From contig JAFTSO010000050.1 in NCBI GenBank assembly GCA_017467265.1, positions 11,532 to 75,531 of the forward strand: a stretch of DNA of 64,000 nucleotides. The letters run 5' to 3'. The number at the start of each line of letters is the position of its first letter. Positions within the stretch are counted from its first letter, which is position 1. This document shows positions 1 through 11,300 of this stretch, piece after piece. The stretch comes from Clostridia bacterium. GTDB lineage: Bacteria > Bacillota > Clostridia > Christensenellales > Borkfalkiaceae. The translations under genes were made by a program, and so were the position numbers. The notes under the pieces are model-generated. The model saw nothing but the letters and a program-made list of their open reading frames with translations. It did not search any database and was not told where the DNA came from.

Positions 1-16
1 AGAGGAGAATAAACAG

Positions 17-3000
17 ATGAAAGGGAAGAAGATTCTTTCATTATTGTTAGGTTTGTTTTTCGCGCAGAACTTTGCAGTAGCTTGTGCGAAGGACAATAAA
101 GACGCCGCCACGTTAAATTCGACCAGCAATATTGTGGACGTGGAGGACGTGACGGAGAAAGATCCCGAGAAGGAAACGGTGACGGGGAACGGCGGCACGG
201 AAGCGCCTACACAATATATGAAAGCGGAGACGTTGGACGAACAGTTTTCTAACGCCTTAACGCAGAAGTATTTGAAGACGACGGAGATGGACAGACTCTC
301 TTCGTTGGGAGTTTCCGCAGATGACTACGTCAACGTCATCGTCACGTTGAAGGGCGACAACCTTCTCGATCGTTATTTGGATGCAAATTTTGGCGGTGAA
401 GTGGCAGAATACGTTGCGACGGACGGTAGCTCCGCTCGTCAAGATATGCTTACGACACAGAACGCAATTAAGCAGAGCATCGCAGAAATCGATGCAGGGG
501 CGGAATTTTTGTATTCTTATACGTTGGCGCAGAACGGTTTTGCAGCGCGCGTGCGTTATGGTGCGCTGGACGAAATCAAGCAGATTTCGTCGGTAGAGAG
601 CGTGACGTTGTCCGAACGATATGCAACGCCCGACGGCAGCGAAAAATCGTTGTTCACGTCTTCGACGGGTAGCGCGACGGAGGGAACGGGAACGTCCGTT
701 TTGCCCGACGACGAATACCTTGGCGAAGGCACGCTGATCGCGGTGATGGATACGGCGTTGGATACGACGCACCCCGCTTTTGCAGGCGATTGCATCGATA
801 TGGCAAAGGCGAAGGTTTCGAGCAAAGACGTCGCTACGATCCTGGAAAGCACCGACGCGTTCTACTGGGACTATACGTATAATTACAACAGCACGAAGCC
901 CCTTTTGACGGCGGAAGACGTATATATTAATAATAAACTCGTCTTTACGTATGACTACGGTAATAAGGACGCTGACGTAAAACCTTATCAAGGTTTTGGC
1001 AACGAGCTCGAACATGGTACGCATACGTCGGGTATTGCCGTTGGGTATGACGAAGCGGCAGGCTATTGCGGCGTAGCACCGATGGCACAGCTCGCATTTA
1101 TGAAGGTTTTCTACGAAGACTTTACGAACGGAATTGTGTATTCGGAAGACATCTATATTGCGGCGGCAATCGAAGACAGTATTATGCTGGGCGTGGACGC
1201 GATTAACCTGAGCTTGGGCGCGGCGCGCGGTTTCTCCGTGGATAATACTTCCGTAAATTATATTTATCAATATTGCTATTATGCAGATCTTGTTGGTATC
1301 AGCGTACAGGCGTCGGTGGGCAACAGTTTTACGGCGGCGTACGACGGCTTGACGGGGGACTACCCTGCAATTTGGATGCCCGACTACGGTGCAGCGAACT
1401 CGCCTGCGACGTTCGACAGCACGCTCGCGATCGGTAGCTATAACGGTACGAACGTCAACCAGTATTACGCGCACTTTAACGAAGGCACGGAAAATAGCTG
1501 CAACCTTTACTACACCGATCCCGAAACGGGGGCGTTTATCGATACGCTCGGCGAAGGCACGTACACGTGGGTGTACGTGGACGGCGACGGTACATACGAA
1601 GATATGAAAGCAGCCGACGTCAAGGGCAAAATCGTTTTGGTTAAGCGCAATGACAGATTAGACGCAGTGCAACAGATGCTCAACGCACAGCGTTTGGGCG
1701 CGATTGCTATTCTCTTCTCGGATGCGGATTACCGTATGGTTTGCACGACGGAATGTAAGATTTTGAATCCCTTGCCTTACGCGGCGATGGCGTTGGTAGA
1801 TGCAGAACGTCTGTTCTCGCTCGGCGGTGGTACGGTGCGTATCGCAAAAAATCAAATCCGTCATAATTTGATGAGCGCGTTTAGCAGCTGGGGCACGACG
1901 AATACGCTGACTTTGAAACCGGAAGTGGTAGCGGTCGGCGGAAACGTATATTCTTCGTTGGTATCGGCAAACCATTACGGTTCGGTAGCGCAATATTACT
2001 CTCACGATTACGGTTATTTGTCTGGTTCGTCGATGGCAGCGCCTGCGGCGACGGCATACGTAGCGCGTTTGCGTCAGGCGTTTGAACAGCGGTATCCTGA
2101 TTTGAGTGATCGCGAACTTTCCGCTCTCGTTTCGCAGATAATAATGAGCACGGCAAAGCCGTTGACCGATTTGAACGATACATTGTATTCGCCCCGTTAT
2201 CAGGGTGCAGGTGCGATCGATTACGAAGGGGCGTTGACGGCGGACGAATACCTGTCCGTGACGGGCAGCAAGAAACCCAAGATCGAGCTGGGCGAAGATC
2301 CCGACAAGACGGGGGAATATTTCCTGCACTTTAACATCAACAATTTGTCTGTAGACGCGCAAACGTACGTACTTTCAATGAACGTTCTTACCGATTCCCT
2401 TTGTGCAGACGGCAAGACGGTGTCCTTGATTGCGCATACGTTGCACGATTACACGGCGAGCGTTGCGGTAAACAACGGCGTATATGATGCAACAACAAAC
2501 AGTGTGATCGTGGACGGGGAAAGCTCCGCTACGATCGCTATCAAGCTCACGCTTGGCAACGATAGCAAAGCCTATTTGGATCAATTCGATAATGGTACAT
2601 ACGTCGAAGGGTTTGTGCGCCTTCAAAACGGCGCAAGCGAACTCTCGCTGCCCTACCTTGCTTTCTATGGCGACTGGGAAGAAGCGCCTATGATGGATAA
2701 GACCATCTACGAAGACGAAGAAGGCTACGTGTTCGAATCGATGATCATCGGTACGTATAACGGCGGTTTCTCGTCGGCGGCACTCGGTCAATATCTGTAC
2801 GTCGTACCCGAAGGGTATGAAGAAATCGGCTTTGATGAAAGATTGATTTCTATCGGTTCGGCGACGGGCGGTTTCAACGCGATTTCTTCGCTGTACGTGG
2901 GCTTGATGCGCCACGCGGACAGCTTGGAATTCTATATTATGGACGCTGCGACGGGCGAAATTTACGAATATAACAGCTTGGAGCAGATCGGCAGAGCGAG

Positions 3001-6000
3001 CTATATCGAAAGCTCTGGTCAGATGTATCCCGTTATTCAGGGTTTGAACTACGGTTCGGGCTTGCCCAACAATACGGAGCTCAATATCGTGATCCGTGCA
3101 GGGCTGGACAATATGGGGAATACGGTAAACGATAACGATACGACCAGTTTCCGTATTGTCATCGACAGCGAAAGTCCCCGTTTCTACACGGACAGCGTGG
3201 GTATTTATCAAGAAAACGGCAGAACGTATCTTTCGGTCAACGTGATCGATAACAATATGGTCACCAGCCTTTGGCTGTACACCTATACGGCCGACGGGTA
3301 TCAGGAAGCTCTGGGCGAACCCCTGCCCGTATATCCTTGGGAATTCAAACCCAAAGAAAAGAATACGCTCGTTTATGACATCACCGATTATGCGGAGAAA
3401 TTTAATTCTAACGTAATTGGTTTTATCATCGAAGACGCGGCGATGAACCGTGCTTCGTACAGCTTGACGGTGCACGCCGATTTTGAAAAGGACGAAGAAC
3501 CCACGGACGAAGTGGTGTACGCAAAAGAATTGACGTACGACAAGACGGTAAACGTTGCGTCCGGCTATTCGGTGGATCTTGGTATCAAGACCGTCCCTGC
3601 CAATGCAAGCTATAAATTGACCGTCGTACCTGTTAGAGGATACACGGGTAGCGCGATTGTGGATGAAGAACGTCAGCTGGTCGTTGCACGTAATCCCGGC
3701 TACGTCCGTATACAAATCGAATCGGGTGACATTTGCGTGACCAGCGATATGTACGTGTACGTGAACGACGGCGAGTGGGTTTACGAAGTCGTCGCCAAGG
3801 GCAACAACTGGATTAAATCGTACTACGTCGAAGACGATATGGTACGCACGGAATCGGATACGTCCTTTAACTACGATCCCGAAAACGGTCAAACGACGGA
3901 ATATTATATGGTATCCGTTTACCGTGGCGAAGGCTCGCACGTGGTCGTTCCTTCGTCGTATACGGACGCGGACGGCGTGGAGCACGAAGTCGTGGCGATC
4001 GGTATGAACGCTTTCTTCGCGTGTCAGAATATGTATTCCGTGACGATTCCCAACACGATCCGTCACATCGGTTTCCAGGCGTTTATCTACAACTTCGCGT
4101 TGACGGAAGTCATTTTTGAAGAAAACAGTCAGCTTCGTACGATCGAATCGTTCGCGTTTGCATACGACGAATCGTTGCGCGGCGTGGAAATTCCCAAATC
4201 GGTGAACTGGATTGCAGACCGCGCGTTCGACGACAACTATTCGATGACGTCGCTCACCTTTGAGGCGCATACGGTAGCGGAAGGGGCGAGCCTGCTCTAT
4301 ATCGGTAGCACCGCGTTTGACGAAACGCAGATTACCGAGCTGGTGTTCCCCGAAACGTTAGTCACGCTCGGTGCGGCGTTTGCAGGTGCGAAGATCAAAC
4401 GTATCGTATTGCCTGAAAATATGACGGCGGTTGCCAGCCGCGCATTTGAAGGATGTGCATATTTGGAAGAAGTGGTCTTGCCAGACGGCATTGAAACAAT
4501 CAGTATGAGTGCGTTCGAAGGCTGTACTTCGCTGAAGAAGATCAATATGCCTTCGTCGCTTACACAGATCGGCGCGTTGGCATTTGCGGGTTGTTCGTCG
4601 CTTACGAGCATCGAATTGCCCGATACGGTGGAGAAGATCGGCAGCGGCGCGTTCGGGTACTGTACGTCGCTCGTTAGCGTGAAATTCGGCGACGGCTTGA
4701 AAGAGATCGACGACGAAGCCTTCCTTGGCGCGACGTCGTTGCGTACGGTGTATTTTGATCGCTATACAAAGCTGGAAACGCTGGGTACAGATCTGTTCTA
4801 CGGCTGTATGAGCTTTACGGATTTCTCCGTACATCCTTTGAACGAAAACTTTATGTCGGACGACGGTATCCTGTATCGCAAGATACCCGGTTCGACGCAT
4901 TATCAGCTGCACACCGTTCCCATCGCGAAACGCATCGACACGTTCTTGGTACGTCCCGACGTAGCGGAAATCAATGACTTTGCGTTTGCGTACCATACCG
5001 AAATGCAGGCGGTTCTGTTCCCTGCTGGCGGCGCGTTGTATTCGATTGGCGATTATGCCTTTACGGGTTGCTCGTCGTTGAAGACGGTGGGCTTGCAGAA
5101 CGCGACGGCGTTGTTGGAAATGGGCGATTACGTCTTTGCCTACTGTACGTCGTTGACGGATATCGTATTGCCGAATAACATTACGAAAATCCCGTCCTAC
5201 GCGTTCTACTATTGCGTATATTTGGAAAGAGTAGAATTTAACGAACAGCTGTCGAGTATCGGCTCTAATGCCTTTGCGTACTGTATCCGTTTCCAAGGTA
5301 CGGACGGCGAGGGTACGCTGAAATTGCCTGCGGCGCTCTCCACGCTCAATGCACAAGCGTTCGTAGCCAACAGACAGCTGGAAAAGGTCGATTTGAGCGA
5401 CTGCGTCGGTTTGAGCGGCAAATCCAACTACTGGGGCGAATATGGGTTCGCAGAATGTACGAACCTTCGCGAAGTTATCTTGCCGACGACGGCGAATATG
5501 ATTTTTGACGGTATGTTTGCATACTGTACGTCGCTGGAAAAGATCAACCTCGAAGAAACGCAGATCGATAATATCCGTACGTATGCGTTCTATGGCTGTG
5601 AGAGTCTGGAACACGTCGTCTTGCCCGAAACGATCGAAACGATTTACGCGCAGGTATTCGTGAATACGGCGATAAAGACGTTGACGATCCCCGATATGGG
5701 CGAGAACGGCCGCATTATGAGCAAAGCGTTTGCGCTTAACCCGTATCTGGAAACGCTGTATCTCCCCGATACGTTCGTGGAGCTCGAGGCGTACGTATTT
5801 GCGGAAACGGGCTTGAAAGAAGTACATATTCCTTCTTCCATAACGCGTAGCAATTTTGACCACAGAGCGTTCTATCTTTGCAGCAAGCTCGAACGGTTTA
5901 TCGTGGACGAAGACAACGAATATTTCGGCGTGACGAAAGAAGGTATTCTTTACACGAAAGAGTATAAGCAGACTTCCATTAGCGGCGACGATATCGACGT

Positions 6001-8320
6001 ACCAGCAACGCTCTTTATCTGTCCTTTGAACGCAAAAGCGGATACGCTGGTTATCGGGGAAGAATTTGAAGAAATTCCTGCAAACTTCTTCCAGCTGACA
6101 TCGAATATTCGCAAGATCGTCGTACCCGAAACGGTGAAGACGATCGGCGCAGGCGCGTTTAGCTATAGCCGCGTGGAAGAAGTGGAATTTGCAGCGGATT
6201 CGCCCGTACAATTTTCGGGCTATTCGGAAACCAACCTCTTTGACGGTTGCGAACAGCTGACGAAAGTGGTACTTCCTGAAAACCTGAACTGCATTACGGC
6301 GCAGATGTTCTACGGCTGTATCAACCTCGAAGAAATCGTTCTTCCCGAATCGGTGAAGACGATTTACGACGGCGCGTTCTACGGCTGTGAAAAACTGAAA
6401 AATATCAATCTCGAACACGTAGAAAACATTGAAGGCTCGGCGTTTGGCTACTGCTTATCGCTCGAAAAGCTGAACATCGGTTCGGTGACGAATTCGATTT
6501 GCTTTGATTTGAACTACACGGCGTTCGAAGGTTGTAGGGGGTTGACCGAAATCACGGTAGATCCTCAAAACAAGATGTTCAAGAGTATCGACGGCGTGCT
6601 GTTCGATAAGAAGGGTTCGGTGTTGTACGTATATCCTGCGGCGAAAGCTGGCAGCGAATATTCTATTCCCGAAGGGGTGACCAAGATTGCGGAATTTGCA
6701 TTTGGCGAAAACCGCAACTTGAAGAAAGTGGTATTGCCCAACACGCTCGCGGTTGTCGGCGCGGCTGCTTTCTATAAGACAGCGCAGCTGGATACGTACG
6801 TATTCCTCAGTGAAAAAGCTCCCGTTCTCGAAGGGCAATACAGCACGATGTACGGTTTGACGTTGTATATGAATTTCTTGGATATTTCGCAGGTATATTT
6901 CGATTATCCCCTGTATCTCTACCATAAAGAGGGAGCAACGGGCTACGATATGTTCCTGTATAGAGAATTCTTCTACGAAGCGAAGACGTTGGAAGACGTC
7001 GAATACGTACCTTCTCCCGATCAGCCGATCGAAGATTGCACGGACGGCGCAACGGGTAAGGACGGCGAAATCGAAACCGATTACGTGGTGAGATTTACCG
7101 CATACGTGGAAGAATTGAAGGAAAGTGCGCTTGACGGGTTGAAGGCGAAACTCGACGCGTTGGTGGATCAATTTGAAACGGAATACGACGCGTTCTTTGA
7201 TATGTTCGCAGACGATCAAAAGGCGCAGGAGAGTTTCTACAATTCTTACGTCGCCGAGGCGGATAAGCTCTACCAGATGGACGTAGAATTGTACGCGGCG
7301 CGCTGGGTGAGAATTCACGAAGTAATCGAGCTGATTGCCGATCTGAAAACGACGTACACGTACAGCGAAGAAGGGCTGGAAACTTTGGACACGATCGCGT
7401 ACTCCACGCAATACATTCTTGTTCGCTCGTACACGTTGGAAGAGATCGAAAAGAACTACGTATATTATAGAGATTTTGTTTTGGGTGTGCCCAAGGCAGA
7501 CGAAGAACAGGCGTTCAGCGAATATCTGACGACGGTAAAGGCAGATATGGAAACGGGCTACGAAACCTTCTTGGCAGAAAAATCTTCGCTCTATGACGAA
7601 GACGTTTTGGAAGAAATCGAAATCGAATACACTGACGTGGTGACGAGAGTGGCACAGGCGAAATCGAGATCGCTTATCGAAGAACTTCTGGACGGCTGGG
7701 ATTATTTCCTTGCGAACGTTGTGACAGCGGAAAACAGAGCGGCGTTCGAGACGGAAAAGGCGGCGATCATCGCGACCTTGGACGATTTCAAGGAAGAAGA
7801 TTACGAATACGCGCTGTGGCTGGTGATGAAGGAATACAAAGAAGACCAGCTGGGGCTCGTGGAAAGTATGTTCGTGCTCGACGAAGTTCGTAAGACGGTA
7901 GAATTTACGTACAACGAATTGGCGTCGCAGGAATCGAAATTGCAGTCGAGAAAACAGGCGGCGCTGAACGATTTCGATACGTTCATTGAATATTACAATA
8001 TGTATTCGTACCTGTACGACGCGAATATGAAGGAACTTCGCCTGATTGTTGCGGAAGAGATCGAAAAGATCGAGAACGTGACGACGGTAGCGGAAGTTGC
8101 AGACGCGTTAGACGCAGGGTTCGACCGCGTATGGAAATACTTTGAATATCATCAAAAAGCATACACCGAATACCGCCGTGCGTTGGAAGCGTTTGCAGCG
8201 TTGTCCGACGAGGACAAATCGGCGGCTATGGCAGAACTGAACGCAATCTCTTACCGTGTGGCAACCAACAGCGACAAGATTATCGCGCTCATCGAAAAAT
8301 ATTGTGGGGAAAAGGCGTAA
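17..8320 (+). CDS. Giant secreted/cell-surface S8 (subtilisin-family) serine peptidase of the cell-envelope-proteinase / C5a-peptidase type, fused to a BspA-type leucine-rich-repeat array and an acidic helical C-terminal region
   Basis: Uninterrupted 2767-codon ORF with AGGAG upstream of the ATG. N-terminal signal peptide with a possible lipobox (FAVAC). I9-like propeptide region. S8 triad motifs VMDTALD (D245), HGTHTSG (H333) and GSSMAAP (S672), with a PA-like insert (KGKIVLVKRN...GAIAILF) between His and Ser. YVEGFVRL...LPYLAFYGDW motif as in lactocepin/ScpA-type enzymes. Long LRR array. No C-terminal TM segment or LPXTG. Confidence 0.9.
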   Translation: MKGKKILSLLLGLFFAQNFAVACAKDNKDAATLNSTSNIVDVEDVTEKDPEKETVTGNGGTEAPTQYMKAETLDEQFSNALTQKYLKTTEMDRLSSLGVSADDYVNVIVTLKGDNLLDRYLDANFGGEVAEYVATDGSSARQDMLTTQNAIKQSIAEIDAGAEFLYSYTLAQNGFAARVRYGALDEIKQISSVESVTLSERYATPDGSEKSLFTSSTGSATEGTGTSVLPDDEYLGEGTLIAVMDTALDTTHPAFAGDCIDMAKAKVSSKDVATILESTDAFYWDYTYNYNSTKPLLTAEDVYINNKLVFTYDYGNKDADVKPYQGFGNELEHGTHTSGIAVGYDEAAGYCGVAPMAQLAFMKVFYEDFTNGIVYSEDIYIAAAIEDSIMLGVDAINLSLGAARGFSVDNTSVNYIYQYCYYADLVGISVQASVGNSFTAAYDGLTGDYPAIWMPDYGAANSPATFDSTLAIGSYNGTNVNQYYAHFNEGTENSCNLYYTDPETGAFIDTLGEGTYTWVYVDGDGTYEDMKAADVKGKIVLVKRNDRLDAVQQMLNAQRLGAIAILFSDADYRMVCTTECKILNPLPYAAMALVDAERLFSLGGGTVRIAKNQIRHNLMSAFSSWGTTNTLTLKPEVVAVGGNVYSSLVSANHYGSVAQYYSHDYGYLSGSSMAAPAATAYVARLRQAFEQRYPDLSDRELSALVSQIIMSTAKPLTDLNDTLYSPRYQGAGAIDYEGALTADEYLSVTGSKKPKIELGEDPDKTGEYFLHFNINNLSVDAQTYVLSMNVLTDSLCADGKTVSLIAHTLHDYTASVAVNNGVYDATTNSVIVDGESSATIAIKLTLGNDSKAYLDQFDNGTYVEGFVRLQNGASELSLPYLAFYGDWEEAPMMDKTIYEDEEGYVFESMIIGTYNGGFSSAALGQYLYVVPEGYEEIGFDERLISIGSATGGFNAISSLYVGLMRHADSLEFYIMDAATGEIYEYNSLEQIGRASYIESSGQMYPVIQGLNYGSGLPNNTELNIVIRAGLDNMGNTVNDNDTTSFRIVIDSESPRFYTDSVGIYQENGRTYLSVNVIDNNMVTSLWLYTYTADGYQEALGEPLPVYPWEFKPKEKNTLVYDITDYAEKFNSNVIGFIIEDAAMNRASYSLTVHADFEKDEEPTDEVVYAKELTYDKTVNVASGYSVDLGIKTVPANASYKLTVVPVRGYTGSAIVDEERQLVVARNPGYVRIQIESGDICVTSDMYVYVNDGEWVYEVVAKGNNWIKSYYVEDDMVRTESDTSFNYDPENGQTTEYYMVSVYRGEGSHVVVPSSYTDADGVEHEVVAIGMNAFFACQNMYSVTIPNTIRHIGFQAFIYNFALTEVIFEENSQLRTIESFAFAYDESLRGVEIPKSVNWIADRAFDDNYSMTSLTFEAHTVAEGASLLYIGSTAFDETQITELVFPETLVTLGAAFAGAKIKRIVLPENMTAVASRAFEGCAYLEEVVLPDGIETISMSAFEGCTSLKKINMPSSLTQIGALAFAGCSSLTSIELPDTVEKIGSGAFGYCTSLVSVKFGDGLKEIDDEAFLGATSLRTVYFDRYTKLETLGTDLFYGCMSFTDFSVHPLNENFMSDDGILYRKIPGSTHYQLHTVPIAKRIDTFLVRPDVAEINDFAFAYHTEMQAVLFPAGGALYSIGDYAFTGCSSLKTVGLQNATALLEMGDYVFAYCTSLTDIVLPNNITKIPSYAFYYCVYLERVEFNEQLSSIGSNAFAYCIRFQGTDGEGTLKLPAALSTLNAQAFVANRQLEKVDLSDCVGLSGKSNYWGEYGFAECTNLREVILPTTANMIFDGMFAYCTSLEKINLEETQIDNIRTYAFYGCESLEHVVLPETIETIYAQVFVNTAIKTLTIPDMGENGRIMSKAFALNPYLETLYLPDTFVELEAYVFAETGLKEVHIPSSITRSNFDHRAFYLCSKLERFIVDEDNEYFGVTKEGILYTKEYKQTSISGDDIDVPATLFICPLNAKADTLVIGEEFEEIPANFFQLTSNIRKIVVPETVKTIGAGAFSYSRVEEVEFAADSPVQFSGYSETNLFDGCEQLTKVVLPENLNCITAQMFYGCINLEEIVLPESVKTIYDGAFYGCEKLKNINLEHVENIEGSAFGYCLSLEKLNIGSVTNSICFDLNYTAFEGCRGLTEITVDPQNKMFKSIDGVLFDKKGSVLYVYPAAKAGSEYSIPEGVTKIAEFAFGENRNLKKVVLPNTLAVVGAAAFYKTAQLDTYVFLSEKAPVLEGQYSTMYGLTLYMNFLDISQVYFDYPLYLYHKEGATGYDMFLYREFFYEAKTLEDVEYVPSPDQPIEDCTDGATGKDGEIETDYVVRFTAYVEELKESALDGLKAKLDALVDQFETEYDAFFDMFADDQKAQESFYNSYVAEADKLYQMDVELYAARWVRIHEVIELIADLKTTYTYSEEGLETLDTIAYSTQYILVRSYTLEEIEKNYVYYRDFVLGVPKADEEQAFSEYLTTVKADMETGYETFLAEKSSLYDEDVLEEIEIEYTDVVTRVAQAKSRSLIEELLDGWDYFLANVVTAENRAAFETEKAAIIATLDDFKEEDYEYALWLVMKEYKEDQLGLVESMFVLDEVRKTVEFTYNELASQESKLQSRKQAALNDFDTFIEYYNMYSYLYDANMKELRLIVAEEIEKIENVTTVAEVADALDAGFDRVWKYFEYHQKAYTEYRRALEAFAALSDEDKSAAMAELNAISYRVATNSDKIIALIEKYCGEKA
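3981..6810 (+). repeat. BspA-type (LRR_5-like) leucine-rich repeat array inside the first protease (approximate bounds)
   Basis: About 940 aa of reiterated ~23-25-aa units of the form 'I(P/G)xxAFxxCxxLxx(I/V)xLPxxLxxIG' (e.g. IGSGAFGYCTSLVSVKF, IGDYAFTGCSSLKTVGL). Bounds were read by eye from the translation. Confidence 0.75.
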
Positions 8321-8334
8321 GGAGGTAAACAGAT

Positions 8335-11300
8335 ATGAGAAAAATAATGAAGAAAATATCCATCTTATGTCTTTCCGCGTTTATGGCGGCGTCCTCGGGC
8401 GTAGGTGCAGTATTCCACTCGGCGAGTGCGAACGAGAAATTGACGACCACCGTGAAAAACGGCGCTGCGACCAAGCCGACGTCCACGATGCTCTCGCAAA
8501 AGGAATACGACGTTGCTTTTGAAAAGGCAGAAGGACTGGACGTTTCGCAGCTGTTCATTGACAATTATAATCCCGAAGTGGTGTTGACGAACAAACTCCA
8601 ACCTGCTGAGGATTACGTTGCCGTAATCAACCTTGGCAAAGGTTCGCTGTCCGAACAGGCGGCAGAGAAAGGGCTTACCGTGGCAGAATTTGCAAAAACT
8701 GCCGCGGGGAAATCCGCTCGTAATAAGATCGGCAAAGAGCTCGATCAATTCGAGGACGAAGTAAAGGGCTTGGGGATTGATGCGGAAACGGTATATCGTT
8801 ACGATACGTTGACAAAAGGCGTTGCGATCCGTGCCAAGGGCGCAGATTTTGATAAAATCGCGTCGATTGTGGGCGTAGAAAGCGTGATCATGTCCGAACA
8901 CTACGCCGCACCGAAGGTATTGGAGATCTCCAACGATACCAACGTGTACGCAACGGGCATCTATAACACTTCGGAGATCGATCCTGCGTTGCGCGGCAAC
9001 GGCTCGGCGATCGCCGTGCTCGATACGGGTACGGACGTGCAGCACCCCGCTTTCCAAACGGACAATTTTTACGCGACGGAGTTTGCTCTGACGCGTGATG
9101 AAATCGCGGAAAGATTGCAGTACACCAAAGCGGTGGAATTTGACGACGAAGCGAGCATTGAAAACGTGTATAAGAGTGAAAAACTCCCATTCGCGTTCGA
9201 CTATGCGGATAAAGATTCCAACGTATATCCTGCGTACTCATCCCACGGTTTGCACGTTGCAGGTATTATCGCAGGGAACTATACGGAAGTGGAAGAAGAC
9301 ATTGTCAATTCCGATCCCGATTTGAAGTTTGAATACGACGAAGAGAAGGAAACGCATTATTTTGAAGGTGTTGTACCCGATGCGCAGATCGTCACGATGA
9401 AGGTATTCACGGACAACGTGGACGACGAAGCACTGGGTGGTGCGGAAACAGAGAATATTCTGGCGGCACTCGAAGACGCAGTCACTATCGGCGTGGACGT
9501 TATCAATATGTCGCTCGGTTCGTCCGCAGGGTTCTCTTCCTACGTGGACGAATATATGGAAAAGGTGTACACCGCGATCGAAAACGCAGGCATCAGCCTT
9601 GTGTGCGCGGCGAGCAACGACTATTCGTCGGGCTATGGTGGTGAAAACGGTACGAACTTGACCTCCGATCCCGACTCCGCAACGGTAGGCTCGCCCTCGA
9701 CGTATCACGCGGCGATCTCCGTGGCGAGTATCAACGGTCAGAAAGATCCGTATATGTTGGCGCAAGACGACATTATGGTATTCTTTACCGAGGCAACGGA
9801 CGGTAACTCCAACAAAATGGATTTCGTGGGGGATATCTTCACGGGATTAAAGGCAGAAGGCAAGATGCCCACCGCATCGGAAACGACCGAATTGCAGTAC
9901 GTCGTTATCCCCGGCTTGGGTAGAAGCTATAACTATTCGGCAAATATCCGTAGCAAATTGCAATCCCAGCCGAGTATTGCGCTGGTACAGCGTGGTACGA
10001 CGACGTTCGAAGAGAAAATGAAGATCGCCAAGGAAAACGGCGCGATCGGTATTATGATCTACAACAACGTTGCCGGCAAGATCAGCATGACGATGGGTGC
10101 AAAAAACAAGTCGGATATTATTCCCAGCTGTTCGATCACAATGGATATCGGAAACCAAATGGTATCGGCGGCGGTAGATTCGGTCGGTAAGATCGTTTTG
10201 AACAAAGCGTTCTTGTCCGGTCCGTTTATGAGTGATTTCTCGTCGTGGGGACCCACGCCGTCCTTGGAATTGAAACCAGAAATAACGGCGTACGGCGGCA
10301 ACGTCACGTCGTCGGTTGCAGGCGGCTACGACGTATATAGTGGTACGAGTATGGCAACGCCGAATATGGCGGGTGCGGTGGCGATTATCCGTACGCACTT
10401 AAAGAAAACGTATCCCGATATGACGGCACAGGAACTCGCAGCGCGTACTTATCAACTGATGATGAGTACGGCAGGGATTGTGTTGAACGAATACGGCGAT
10501 CCGTACAGCCCCAGAAAGCAGGGCGCAGGTATCGCAAATATCGAGGCGGCACTCGCTTCGCAATCGTATATCACCGTGCTGGACAAAGACGGTAACGTAT
10601 CGCCCAAGAGTAAGATTGAGCTTGGCGACGATCCTGACCGTACGGGCGTTTACGAATTTGAATTTACGATCAACAACGCGTCCAAAGAATTTGCACGCTA
10701 CGAGCTGGGCTGGTATGTAATGACGGAAACGGTATCGTCCGACGGCAAGACGGTTGCGGAAAAGAGCAACGTGTTGGACGATGCGAAAGTGGACGTTTGG
10801 GTAAACGGCAAAGCAACTTCGCAAAAACAAGTGATGATCGCTGGGGAATCGACGGCGCAGATCAAGATGAAAATTACGCTCTCCGACGCGAACAAAGCGT
10901 TCTTGGATAAGTATTTTGTCAACGGTATGTACGTGGAAGGTTTCGCGACGTTGCGCCAGAGTGCAACGGGCTTGGAAAGCGGCGAGATGCACGATTTGAC
11001 GTTGCCTTTCCTTGCGTTCTACGGCGACTGGACGGACGCGCCGATGCTCGATTATTCGATGTATGAAATCGCGGAGAACGAAGCGGACGACGCTATTCCC
11101 GACGATGAAAAATACGAGGTGAAATTCTTCTCGACGACTCCGTACAGCAAATACGGCGAAAAATATATTCTGCCGATGGGTATGTATCTGTACAACCTGC
11201 CCGATGACGCAGATCCTATCTATTCGTCCGAAGACAAAGCGTCGTTGTCCATCTACAACGAAGAATTCCATCAGACGGCATACGAATTCTATGCGGTATA

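Noticed and set aside
8256-8564. Small ORFs bridging the junction of proteases 1 and 2 (8256-8522 on +, 8289-8564 on -).
   Set aside because: They overlap the well-supported end of protease 1 and the signal peptide of protease 2 in other frames. They have no translation signals.
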